NCBI RefSeq assembly: GCF_963921235.1
Contig: NC_086108.1
Span: 18,042,001-18,106,000, forward strand
Source: Mobula hypostoma
Taxonomy: Eukaryota
Length of the DNA: 64,000 bases
Direction: 5' to 3'
Under the pieces are notes generated by a model that was given only the letters and a program-made list of their open reading frames with translations, was not told the origin of the DNA and did not search any database. The position numbers were made by a program, and so were the translations under genes. This document shows, piece after piece, positions 1 to 11,352 of the stretch (the first letter of the stretch is position 1; the number at the start of each line of letters is the position of its first letter).

Positions 1-307
1 GCAGGCTGAACATCAACAAGTTCTTGTATGATCTTAGTAGAGATAATGGGAAATTCATGACTGTCACATTCAAAGGCCTCTGTGGGACATGTGTGCACAT
101 GTATGCATGTTTGTAAATCCTTAGTGTGTTTGTATAATTGTGTGCCAGTGCATGCATATGCTTCCATGTATGTGCAAGTGAGTACATTCATTGCAGATGT
201 AGCTATTGAGTTTATTGTCATGTGTCATATAGTGAGGTACAAGTATCATTACAAACTAACCTTGCTTGCAGCAGCATCACAGGCAGTTTCAGACAACCAC
301 AAAATAT

Positions 308-866
308 GTTCGTCCATCGTCGACATCGATGAAGACCTTGACACCATTATTGATGGTGTCGAGACTAGCGCTTGATTTGGATTTAAGTGAGGGAGAGTTG
401 CACAGCATCAGCCTCACTCTCTCTTCCCAATTCCCATCTGGGTCCAGTGGCAAGACAGAGTCAAGACAGCTGGAGATGGGACTAGGCGCAGTGGATGACC
501 AGGATGTCTTCTGTGTCTTGTCCTGCTCTACACGTTCCACGACGCCTGCAGAGACCGCCTTCTTGACCGTTGGACCTTCCATTGGTCTCGTCCGCTCAAT
601 CCGCCGGAGCCTTCTTCACATGCTGGGATAGACAACTCCCTATCTCACCGAGGGTTTGAGACCTGTCGGCTACCCTCACCTGGTTTAGCCGGCTTGTCGA
701 AGCCGTTGCCCGGGGTGTGGCCGCTGTCACATGTAAACAGCTACGGGGAGCCACAGGTGAGAGCTGAGTGCCAGGTGGGGACCAAAGGTGGACTAACCGC
801 CTTGAAAAGGACGCGGCATGTTACCCCACCAGAGGTGCTACCCCTCCCTGACACCGCATACACCCC
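308..866 (-). mobile_element. Non-autonomous, non-coding RTE-like retroelement (559 bp)
   Basis: GC-rich block flanked by a perfect 12-bp direct repeat ACCACAAAATAT (296-307, 867-878). The minus-strand 5' end folds as an HDV-like ribozyme and the 3' end has the hairpin GACACCAT-CAATA-ATGGTGTC. No RT ORF. RTE assignment is by resemblance to RTE 5' UTRs. Confidence 0.75.
675..866 (-). ncRNA. HDV-like self-cleaving ribozyme (predicted)
   Basis: Minus strand: P1 GGGGTGT(866-860)/ACACCCC(718-712); P2 CTCACCTG(761-754)/CAGGTGAG(682-675); P3 GGC/GCC; L3 starting TCC with GG after P1 for P1.1; P4 CGGCTT-CGAC-AAGCCG; J4/2 GCTAA with candidate catalytic C at 688. Confidence 0.75.
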
Positions 867-925
867 ACCACAAAATATAAATTATATGTGATTTATACAA
901 AAGAGTGAAGACAAATAAGGTTAAG

Positions 926-927
<2 letters not shown>

Positions 928-974
<47 letters not shown>
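928..974. repeat. (TG)n microsatellite
   Basis: Pure TG run. Confidence 0.98.
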
Positions 975-976
<2 letters not shown>

Positions 977-1599
977 GCGTCTGCATGTCTGTATATGTAT
1001 TCCTGTATTAGCTGCATTAGCATGTGCATATACTGCGCCATATTTGTGTGTACATGAGTGTAAGAGAGAGAAGAAAGAGGGGAACGAAGAAGATGGAAAC
1101 AATTCAAGCATAGGAAGGGAGCCCAAACAGGTGAAGGGGGGGGGGGGGAGAGAGAAAAAGAAATGACAAACTGAAATCAATGGGGAAATCAGACTGAATT
1201 GAGAATTAGACCAGAATTTTAAAAAATGAGAGCACAGAAATAATAAGTGAAGGGAGGAAAAGAAAGAGAAAGGTGCATAGCAGAGAGAGGGAAGATTTAA
1301 CTGGAAGTCAATCAAACTGGAGCAATTTGGACCCTGCCTATCACAAACAATGAACCACACACACGGATAAAAAATCAACACAGTCTGAAACAGATAAAGA
1401 TTTCAGCAGCATGAATATTCCATCATATCTTTTCCAAACAGTACTGGACCCTTACCATGGTGAGGAGTCACAGACACAAAAGTTAGCATGGGACAGCATA
1501 CTGTGATCTCTCTAACAATGCACTCTGCACAGTATGAATGGCCTGAATCTCACTCTCACCTTTGTTTAGCACAGGCTTTGCATTATATCTACTGTCTAC

Positions 1600-1715
1600 A
1601 TCTACCTGACTATCTCCCTCACCTGGTGACTTTCCAGTGAGATGATGCTCAGAACTATTGTCCACCTTGACCATCTTCCTCACCTGGTGACTTTACAGTG
1701 AGCTGACGCTCAGAC
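1600..1715. repeat. Tandem dimer of a 61-bp unit
   Basis: CCTCACCTGGTGACTTT(C/A)CAGTGAG..GA.GCTCAGA starts at 1617 and 1678. Confidence 0.85.
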
Positions 1716-1781
1716 CTTTCAAAATTCAGGCTGCAGAATTTCCAGTGTCCAATTGAATTATGCTTTGACCAACTTCAGAAG

Positions 1782-2100
1782 TAGAATTGGATTTTAATAT
1801 CACTGTATTTTCTGACAAGGGATTTGTTATTTTGCAGCAGCAGTGCAGTGCAAAGACAAAGTCAAAGACATAAAAATTATAAAATAAATAAATAGCACAG
1901 AAATAAGAGGAATAATGAAATGGTGTTCATGAGCTCATGGACCATTCAGAAATTTAATGGTGGAGGGGAAGAAGCTGTTCCTGTTATTAAATATGGGTCT
2001 TCAGGCTCTGTTCCCCCTCTTTGATGATAGTAATGAGAAAAGGGCATGGTCCTAGATGGTGAGGCTCATTAATAATGGAAGCACCACCTTCTGAAGATGA
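1782..2100 (-). mobile_element. Decayed Rex1/Babar-like LINE 3' end
   Basis: Resembles the reverse complement of the Rex-type 3' region at 31070-31200 (GGGGAAGAAGCTGTTCCTG...TGGGTCTTCAG). Confidence 0.5.
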
Positions 2101-2178
2101 AGATGAAGCTAGCCTGTGTATAAACACAAACTTAGCATCAAAGATGCAACAAAGTCCACAGAGACTTGTTATTTGCAG

Positions 2179-2229
2179 GAGTTAAGAAAGATGCTGGGTC
2201 AAACCCAAAGCTTTGCACTTACAATCCAA
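2179..2229 (+). CDS. Weak candidate host-gene exon (ELRKMLGQTQSFALTIQ)
   Basis: Acceptor TTGTTATTTGCAG, 51 nt open in phase 0, weak donor CAA|GTACTG, in non-repeat sequence. Protein not recognised. Confidence 0.3.
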
Positions 2230-2759
2230 GTACTGGTCATGGGGCTGAGGATGAAATCTTACTGGCTTTCTCGATTCTATATGTGATATGTTTACCACAA
2301 AATATCTACAGCACAAATCCATTGTTGCTCCAATATCTTTCCCAAACGTTGAATTTGTGACTGATATGATAATGGGCTTGAGGAGAAAATATTAGTCAAA
2401 AATATTCCTGGGACTCTCGAGAATTGTACTTGGACAAAGATGACTTGGTTTAATGACCCATCTGAATGTCAGTGCAACATAGTTCTATCCTGGAAGCATC
2501 AGCCAAGATTAGGTTTGAACTCACAAGCTTTTAACCAGTGGCAAAATGTTTCTTGCTGAGACACATTATTAGCATCAGCCACACTGTGGTTATGGTGTTT
2601 AAAGCACTTTGTGATACATAGAGGTGCTTTGATTTTCTGACACATATAATGAGTTGCAGATTCTTGTTCAGTTCCAACAGTGGTCAAGAGTTAAATTGTT
2701 TGAGCAAGAGCGCTCCAAGCTGAATGTTTGACTAGGTCTAATTTTATCTCATTAGGCCT

Positions 2760-3000
2760 GACCTGTTATTGACCGCCATTATTCTTTTTCCCTCTATTAT
2801 TGATCAATTATTCATTCTCTCACCATTACTTACCGTGATCATACCATTCCTGACCATTACTAGATTTCTCCATCCCTCTCATACCATTACTGACTGTAAC
2901 CCTCCCTTCCCTCACCATTACTGCCCAATCCCTCTCCTATCATTATTGACTGCAAACATTTCTTCTTCCACCATTACTGGCTGTGGTTTTCCTGTTATTC
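2760..3000. repeat. Degenerate ~30-bp minisatellite (CCATTACTGAC core)
   Basis: CCATTAC at 2823, 2854, 2884, 2915 and 2971, with variant cores near 2764, 2794 and 2940. Confidence 0.7.
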
Positions 3001-3477
3001 CGCACATTATATCTTGCTACTTTTTGAGACATGGCACAACACAGCCCTTTGTGAGCAGACCATAGCAAAGGTTTTCCCCCTTCTCCTGGGAATCTGTAAC
3101 TCCTGCCCATTGTATAGTTGCTGGCAGTTCTATCCCAACATTCTGGCCACATGGTTCCCCTTCCCTGTTAGCTGGTGACTGGAACAGAATGTAAAGAGGT
3201 TGTGACAGTGTGATCAGTCCAGCACTTTCTCTCACTTCACTAAATTCTAGTTGATCTGTTTTTGTATCTTAATACCAGCTGGATCACTATTTCATTAGGA
3301 TGTTATGATACATACTTCTTTGGAGATGAGAGTTCAAATCCAACTAGCTGCTAGGATAGTTTAGTTGCTTTGATTAAAGAAATCAGTAATAAAGAAATAT
3401 TTTGAATAAAATTTCTGAGTCCTAGAACACTGTCCTTATGTCCCTATAGCTTGTTCCTGGGTTTATTGTAGTCTCTT

Positions 3478-4260
3478 ATACTGAGATACAGTGAAAAACT
3501 TTGTTTTGCTTACTATCCATGCAAATTATTTCATGACATGAGTACATTGAAGTAGTGTAAGGGAAAAGTAATAATGGAATGCAGAATAATTGTTACCATT
3601 ACAGAGAAAGTGCAGTACAGGTGGATACAAGCCCACGGCGATCTAGATTATGAGGGCAAGAGTCCATCTCATCATGCAAGAGGACCTTATAACAGCAGGG
3701 TAGAAGCTGTCCTCGAGCCTGGGGGTATGTACTTGCATATCAGGTATATCTTCTCTCCAGTGGGAGGGGGAAGAAGATAGAATGTTTAGGGTGGGTGGGG
3801 TCTGTGATTATGTTGGTTATTTTATCAAGGTAGCAGGAAGTATAACAGAGTCCATGGAGGAGAGTCTGGTTTCTGTGATGTACTGAGTTGTGTCACAGTT
3901 CTTTGTAGTTTCTTGTGGTGTTGGGAAGAGCAGTTGCCATTCCAAGCCATGATCCATCTTGAAAGGATGCTTTTGATGTTCATCTGCAAACATTGGTGAT
4001 GGTCAATAGGGACATGCTGAATTTCTATAGACTCCTGAGGAAATGTGCTTTCTTGACCTTGATAGCCATATGCGTAGACCAGTTCAGGCTGTTAGGGATG
4101 TTCACCCATAAGACTTTAAAACTCTCCACCCTCTTGACCTCAACATTTAACAGGGCTCTCTATTTCTATCCTGTTTCAAAGTCAGAGCCACAACAGTGCT
4201 GTCAGCCTCCAACTTGTAGATGGAGTTAGAGCAGAATTTGACCATATGATCACGAGAATA
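3478..4260 (-). mobile_element. Decayed Rex1/Babar-like LINE 3' portion
   Basis: Similar to 40400-40900 (e.g. CAGTTGCCATTCCAAG, AGGATGCTTT); no intact ORF. Confidence 0.55.
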
Positions 4261-4544
4261 TAGGGATGAAGATGGGGGTAGGGGAAGGTGAGTTAACATT
4301 TCATCTCACCTGTCCCCAGCTCACAGTGTTCCCGGTTAAATTTCCTGAAGGAATATTCAATGGCAGTCCATTCCCATGAGTTGTTGGGAGTGGAAGAGGA
4401 GGAATTTTTAATCCCTTGCATACTGAGCATAAACCTGCGCAAAATTAATCAAAAAGGACATAATTTTATTCCAACCATTGGCATTCTGGGTGTCAGAAAC
4501 TCAGCTGTGCCAGCACAAGGGCAGATCAACAGCTAGATATTCTG

Positions 4545-4972
4545 TGGTAAAGATAACTATAGATAGGTATGGTCCTCATGGGAGAGTTTTAAATTGAGAA
4601 TAGGGCAAATTATGAGGGCATTAAGCAAGAACTAAGAAGCGTTAATTGGGAACATCTTTTTGTCTGGCAAGTCCACATCAGACATGTGGAGTGTGTTTAA
4701 AGATCAATTGCACAGAGTACAGGAAAGGTATGTTCCTGTTAGAAGAAACAACAGGGATGGAAAGGTAAGAGAACCCTTGATGTCCAGAGAGGCAATGAAT
4801 TTAGTCAAGAAGGAAAAGGAAAAGTATGTAAAGCTTCGGAAGTTAGGATCGAACGAAGCACATGAGGAGAATAAACAAGCCAGAAAATAAGTAAAGAAGA
4901 GAATTAGGAAAGCCAAGAGAGGCCATGAAGTGTCCTTGGCAAGTAGGAATTAAGGTGAATCCTAAAGCATTA
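4545..4972 (+). mobile_element. CR1 ORF2 fragment (endonuclease-RT linker)
   Basis: Translation GKSTSDMWSVFKDQL...YVPVR...EPLMSRE is homologous to ORF2 at 14440-14720. Confidence 0.8.
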
Positions 4973-5394
4973 TTTAAATGGGGAGAGAATTCAAAGTTCT
5001 GAGATGCAACGGGACTTGGGAGTCCTTGTGCAGGATACCCTTAAGGTTAACCTCCAGGTTGTGTCGGTGGTGAAGAAGGCGAATGCAATGTTGGTATTCA
5101 CTTCTAGAGGAATAGAGTATAGGAGCAGGGATATGATGTTGAGCCTCTATAAGGCGCTGGTAAGACCTCACTTGAGTACTGTGGGCAGTTTTGGGCTCCT
5201 TATTTAAGAAAGGATGTGCTGACGTTGGAGAGGGTACAGAGAAGATGCACTGGAATGATTCCGGGAATGAGAGGGTTAACATATGAGGAACGTTTGTCCG
5301 CTCTTGGGCTGTATTCCTTGGAGTTTAGAAGAATGAGGGGGGACCTTATAGAAGCATTTCGAATGTTGAAATGCATGGACAGAGTGGATGTGGC
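4973..5394 (+). mobile_element. CR1 RT C-terminal fragment
   Basis: RDLGVLV...[10 protein letters not shown]...LGLYSLEFRRMRGDLIE; inverted homolog of 5616-6046. Confidence 0.9.
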
Positions 5395-6487
5395 CTTTTC
5401 ACCATAACCTTTGATGCCCTGGCTTCTCAGATACCTATCAACATCTGCCTTAAATACACCCGATGACTTGACCTCCACTGCCGCCCGTGGCAACAAATTC
5501 CACAGATTCACCACCCTCTGGCTAAAAAAATTTCTTCGCATCTCTGTTCTGAATGGGCGCCCTTCAATCCTTAAGTCACGCCCTCTCATACTAGACTCCC
5601 CCACCATGGGAAACAACTTTGCCACATCCACCCTGTCCATGCCCTTCAACATTCGAAATGTTTCTATGAGGTCCCCCCTCATTCTTCTAAACTCTAAGGA
5701 GTACAGTCCAAGAGCGGTCAAACATTCCTCATATGTTAACCCTCTCATTCCAGGAATTATTCTAGTGAATCTTCTGTGAACCCTCTCCAACGTTCAGCAC
5801 ATCCTTTCTTAAATAAGGAGACCAAAACTGCACACAGTACTCCAAGTGAGGTCTTACCAGCGCCTTTTAGAGCCTCAACATCACATCCCTGCTCCTATAC
5901 TCTATTCCTCTAGAAATGAATGCCAACACTGCATTCGCCTTCTTCACCACCGACTCAACCTGGAGGTTAACCTTAAGGGTATCCTGTATGAGGACTCCCA
6001 AGTCCCATTGCATCTCAGAACTTTGAATTCTCTCCCCATTTAAATAATAGTCTGCCCGTTTATTTCTTCTGCCAAAGTGTATAACCATGCAGTTTCCCAC
6101 ATTGTATTTCATTTGCCGCTATTTTGCCCATTCTCCCAATCTATCCAAGTCCCTCTGCAGACTCTGTTTCCTCAGCACTACCGGACCCTCCACTTATCTT
6201 TGTATCATCAGCAAACTTAGCCACAAAGCCATCTATTCCATAATCCAAATCGTTGATGTACAACGTAAAAAGAAGCAGCCCCAACACGGACCCCTGTGGA
6301 ACACCACTGGTAACCGGCAGCCAACCAGAATGGGATCCCTTTATTCCCACTCTCTGTTTCCTGCCAATTAGCCAATGCTCTATCCACGTATGTAACTTTC
6401 CTGTAATTCCATGGGCTCTTATCTTGTTTAGCAGCCTCATACGTGGCACTTTGTCAAAGACCTTCTGAAAATTCAAATACACAACAT
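5394..6487 (-). mobile_element. CR1 RT and 3' region
   Basis: FDKVP, SGVPQGSVLG, KFADDTK and RRMRGDLIETF motifs in frameshifted minus-strand ORFs. Confidence 0.92.
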
Positions 6488-6935
6488 TTAGAGGTCATGT
6501 TCTATCACAAGCGACTGGGTAAACTTGAGTTGTTTTCTGTGGAATGCCAGAGGGTGAGAGGAGATCTGATAGAAGTTTAAAAGATTATGAGAGGCATAGA
6601 TAGAGTGTACAGGGTTGAAATGTCTAATAACAAAGGGAATTCATTGAAGGTTAGAGGGAGTAGGTTCAAAGGCGATATGAGGGGTAACTTTTTTACTCAG
6701 ATAGTTATGGATGCCTGAAATTCACTCTCGGGTATGGTGATAGAGGCAAATACACTTGAGACTTTTAAGAGATGTTTGGATAGACACATGGATAAAAGGA
6801 AAATGGAGGGATACATGGCGTAGGTAGGAGGGATTATTGTTCGGGTGTTCTTGATTTGCTTTTTAGCTGGTTTGGCACAACATTGTGGGGCGAATAGCCT
6901 GTTCCTGTGTTGTACTTTTCTACGTCTATGCCTGT
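6488..6935 (+). mobile_element. CR1 3' end with tail
   Basis: GGAGATCTGATAGAAGT...GGCACAACATTGTGGGGCGAATAGCCTGTTCCTGTGTTGTAC, the same type of end as 32075-32128. Confidence 0.85.
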
Positions 6936-7039
6936 CTATGACTTGCCCCTGACATCTCAAAGCTTTCTATCATCTATAATAAACATCCAAAGTGAGATGG
7001 AACACTCTGGACATACTTCAAGAACTCAAGAAGGCCGAC

Positions 7040-7430
7040 AATGTCCACAACAAAGCCGCCTGCCCTATTGGCATCTTGTCCAGCACGCTGAGTATTCATT
7101 CTTTCCACTGCAGTGTGCAGTAGCAACAATGTGTAGTACCTATAAAAGTAGTTACTCACCCAGGCTACTCTGCAGTACTTGCCCAACCCAATACCCCTAC
7201 CACCAAGAGGGACAAGTGCAGCAGGAGCTGGGAAACAATGGTTCCTCTCCAAGTTGGACACCACCCTGAAATGTTAGTACTTCATTGTTGTTGGGTCTAA
7301 ATCATGGAACTCCCTTTCCAACAGCACCATGGGAGGACCTTCACCAGAAAGACCACAGAGGTTCATGATGGCAGTCCACCACCACCTCCTCAAGGGCAGT
7401 TCTGGCTAGATGCCAACAAATGAATACATT
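7040..7430 (+). mobile_element. 3' end of an older CR1/L2-group LINE
   Basis: Shares TGGAACTCCCT...CACCACCACCT.CTCAAGGGCA with the minus-strand copy at 43182-43710. Confidence 0.6.
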
Positions 7431-8365
7431 AACAAAGGTTGAGATAAATCACATTCAATTTTTACAATGTAGAACATAAAAGAGTACAGCACAGTGGCCC
7501 ACGCTGTTGAACCAATCCTTTAACCTACTCTTAAGATCAATCTAACCTATCTCTCCATTTTTCTTTCATCCATGTGCCTATCTCAGAACCTCTTAAATAT
7601 CTCTAGTTTATCTGCCTCTACTACCACCCCTGGCAGCATGTTCCTTGCATCCACCAGTCTATTCTACCTAAAAATCCTACCTCTGACATTCACACTTACT
7701 TTCTTCCAATTACCTTAAAATTATGGCCCCTCATATTAGCCATTTTCCATCCTGGGAAAAGGTCTCTGGCTGTCCACTCTATTTATGCCTCATTATCTTT
7801 TACAGCTCTATCGAGTCATTTCTCATTCTCCTTTGATCCAAAGAAGAAAATCCTAGCTCACTGAACCTACCCTCATCAGACATGCTCTCTGATCCAGGCA
7901 TCATCCTGGTAAATCTCCTCTCTGTAAAGCTTCCGCATCCTTCTATAATGAGGGAACCAGAACTGAACACAATATTGCAAGTGTGGTCTAACCAGTATTT
8001 TATAATACTGCAGTATTACCTCATGGCTCTTGAACTTAATCTGTTAATTTATGAAGACCAACACACAATACACCTTAACAGCCCTATCAACTTGTGCGGC
8101 CACATTGAGGGACCTATGGATGTGGACCCCAAGATCTCTCTATTCCTCCACATTACTAAGAATTTCTGTATTCTACCTTGTTAAATGAATCATTTCACAC
8201 TTTTCCAGGTTGAACTCCATCTGCCACTTCTCAGTCCAGCTCTGTATCCTGTCAATGTCATGTTGCAACCTACGACAACCTACTCCATCCACAACACCAC
8301 GAACCTTCATGACATCTGCAAACTTACTAACTCACCCTTCCACTTCCTCATCCAAGTTATTTATA

Positions 8366-8636
8366 AGATAGATAGATAGACAGATAGATAGATATACTTT
8401 ATTAATCCCGAGGGAAATTTGGTTTCGTTACAGCCGCACCAACCAAGAATAGAGTGTAAATATAGCAATACAAAAACCACAAACAATCAAACAACACAAT
8501 GCAAACTATGCCAGATAGAAAATAAGTCCAGGACCAGTCTATTGGCTTAGGGTGTTTGACCCTCTACGGGAGGAGCTGCACATTCGATGGCCACAAGCAG
8601 GAACGACCTCCCGTGCCGCCAAGTGTTGTATCACGG
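8366..8636 (-). mobile_element. Rex1/Babar-type 3' terminus with (TATC)n tail
   Basis: (GATA)n at 8366-8394 followed by sequence nearly identical to 58735-58967. Confidence 0.65.
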
Positions 8637-8769
8637 TATAATTGTATCATAATTATAAGGAGTGGGATCCCAGATAGGATCCCTGCGGAACACCACTAGT
8701 CACTGACCTCCAGGCTGAATATGCTCCATCGTCTGCCTTCTATGGCCACATCAATTATGAATTCATGCA

Positions 8770-10848
8770 CCTTGGATACCTCTTCTTATTTACCCCTCGA
8801 TCGTGACACCACTAAGGAGCACCAGGCCATTGTCTCCCACACCATCACTGACTTTATCCGCTCAGGGGATCTCCCATCCACTGCTACCAACCTCGCACTT
8901 CCTGTTTCTACCTCCTACCCAAGATCCACAAACCTGCCTGTCCTGGCAGACCTATTGTCTCAGCTTGCTCCTGCCCCACCAAACTCGTTTCTGCACACCC
9001 CCTTGTTCAATCCCTTCCTACCTATGTTTGTGACACTTCTCATGCTCTTAAACTTTTCGATGATTTTAAGTTCCTGGCCCCCACCGCTTTATTTTCACCA
9101 TGGATGTCCAGTCCCTATATACTTCCATTCCCCCATCAGGAAAGTCTCAAAGCTCTCCGCTACTTTTTGGATTCCAGACCTAATCAGTTCCCCTCTACCA
9201 TCACTCTGCTCCGTCTAGCAGAATTAGTCCTAACTCTTAATAATTTCTCCTTTGGCTCCTTCCACTTCTTCCAAAACTAAAGGTGTAGCTATGGGCACCC
9301 GTATGGGTCCTAGCTATGCCTGTCTTTTTGTTGGCTTTGTGGAACAATCTATGTTCCAAACCTATTCTGATATCTGTCCCCCACTTTTCCTTCGCTACAT
9401 CAACGACTGCATTGGCGCTGCTTCCTGCACGCATACTGAGCTCGTTGACTTCATTAACTTTGCCTCCAACTTTCACCCTGCCCTCAAGTTTACCTGGTCT
9501 ATTTCTGACACCTCCCTCCCCTTTCTAGATCTTTCTGTCTCTATTTCTGGAGACAGCTTATCTACTGATATCTACTATAAGCCTACTGACTCTCACAGCT
9601 ATCTGGACTATTCCTCTTCTTACCCTGTCTCTTGCAAAAATGCCATCCACTTCTCGTAATTCCTCCGTCTCCGCCGCATCTGCTCTCAGGATGAGGCTTT
9701 TCATTCCAGGAAGAGGGAGATGTCCTCCTTTTTTAAAGAAAGGGGCTTCCCTTCCTCCACCATCAACTCTGCTCTCAAACGCATCTCCCCTATTTCACAC
9801 ACATCTGCTCTCATTCCATCCTCCCGTCACCCCACTAGGAATAGGGTTCCCCTGGTCCTCACCTACCACTCCACCAGCCTCCGGGTTCAACATATTATTC
9901 TCTGTAACTTCCGCCACCTCCAACGGGATCCCACCACTAAGCACATCTTTCCCTCTCCCCCCTCTGCTTTCTGCAGGGATCACTCCCTACGCGACTCCCT
10001 TGTCCATTTGTCTCCCCCATCCCTCCCCACTGATCTCCATCCTGGCACTTATCCTTGTAAGCGGAACAAGTGCTACACATGCCCTTACACTTCCTCCCTT
10101 ACCACCATTCAGGGCCCCAGACAGTCCTTCCAGGAGAGGCAACACTTCACCTGTGAGTCGGCTGGGGTGATATACTGCGTCCGGTGCTCCCGATGTGGCC
10201 TTCTATATATTGGCGAGACCCGGCTCAGACTGGGAGATCATTTTGCTGAACACCTATGCTCTGTCCGCCAGAGAAAGCAGGATCTCCCAGCGACCACACA
10301 TTTTAATTCCACATTCCATTCCGATATGTCTATCCATGGCCTCCTCTACTGTAAAGATAAAGCCACACTCAGGTTGGAGGAACAACACCTTATATTCCGT
10401 TTGGGTAGCCTCCAACCTGATGGCATGAACATTGACTTCTCTAACCTCTGCTAATGCCCCACCTCCCCCTCGTACCCCATCCGTTATTTATTTATATACA
10501 CACATTCTTTCTCTCCCTTTCCTTTTTCTCCCTCTGACTATACCCCTTGCCCATCCTCTGGGTTCTCCCCCGCTCCCCCTTTTCCTTCTCCCTGGGCCTC
10601 CTGTCCCATGATCCTCTCATATCCCTTTTGCCTGTCCAGTACCTGTCCAGCTCTTGGCTCCATCCCTCCCCCTCCTGTCTTCTCCTATCATTTTGGATTT
10701 CCCCCTCCCCCTCCCACTTTCAAATCTCTTACTAACTCTTCCTTCAGTTAGTCCTGACGAAGGGTCTCGGCCCGAAACGTGGAGTATACCTTTTCCTAGA
10801 GATACTGCCTGGCCTGCTGCGTTCACCAGCAACATTGATGTGTGTTGC
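8770..10848 (+). mobile_element. Penelope-like element, 5'-truncated (RT + GIY-YIG, frameshifted)
   Basis: KGVAMGTRMGPSYACLFVG, FLRYIND (YxDD position), LPFLD; GIY-YIG VIYCVRCSRCGLLYIGET. 13-bp TSD ATGAATTCATGCA at 8757-8769 and 10849-10861. Confidence 0.93.
10749..10783 (+). ncRNA. Minimal hammerhead ribozyme core in the Penelope terminus, probably inactive
   Basis: GTC-CTGACGA-AGGGTCTCGGCCC-GAAAC-GTG; the cleavage triplet reads GTG rather than GTC as at 53630-53663. Confidence 0.7.
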
Positions 10849-11280
10849 ATGAATTCATGCAGGCAGGTTTCTCTGGATCCCATGCCTCCTGACTTTCTGT
10901 CTGAGCCTACCATTGGGAACCTTATCAAATACTTTACATCCACTGCTCTACCTTCATCAATATGTCTGTTCACATCCTCAAAGAAGTCAATCAGGCTTGT
11001 GAGGCATGACTTGCCCCTCACAAAGCCATGCTGAATATCTTTATTCGGCTATGCTTTTCCAAATAATTCTTGTCTCTAAGAATCTTCTCCAATTATTTGC
11101 CAACCATTGAATTAAGACTCACTGATCTATATTTCCCAGGGTTATACCTACTCTATACCTTTCTTGAACAAAGGAATAATATTTGCATAAAACACAATTA
11201 CTGTCAATTTCACCTGCAGAATTTCCACCTCAGAGTCTGTGATCACAGTTGTGCTAAAGAATTTCAATCCTTTCCTGCAG

Positions 11281-11352
11281 TTTGGTGAAGTCTCTATAGA
11301 GTGCTCCAGTCTGGGCAAGCTCCAGTCAAAGATGACCTTTCTTCCACATGAG
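11281..11352 (+). CDS. Candidate internal host-gene exon (FGEVSIECSSLGKLQSKMTFLPHE)
   Basis: Polypyrimidine acceptor TTTCAATCCTTTCCTGCAG, branch-like GCTAAA ~25 nt upstream, donor GAG|GTTAGT. 72 nt, with only the phase-0 frame stop-free. Protein not recognised. Confidence 0.55.

Larger units (their letters stand above)
7470..11187 (-). mobile_element. CR1 3' half, interrupted by a Rex tail (8366-8636) and a Penelope element (8770-10848)
   Basis: CR1 tail near 7470 and RT motifs. It resumes at 10862 with GKSCLTSLIDFFEDV...DEGRAVDV. Confidence 0.85.

Noticed and set aside
266..631. ORFs 266-631 (+) and 289-582 (-) as proteins
   Set aside because: They lie within the non-coding RTE-like insert, cross its TSD boundary and show no recognisable domain.
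838..1381. ORFs with HTHTHT or Phe/Ser-rich translations (also 29697-29930 and 18708-19088)
   Set aside because: Artefacts of (TG)n, purine-rich and (TATC)n tracts.
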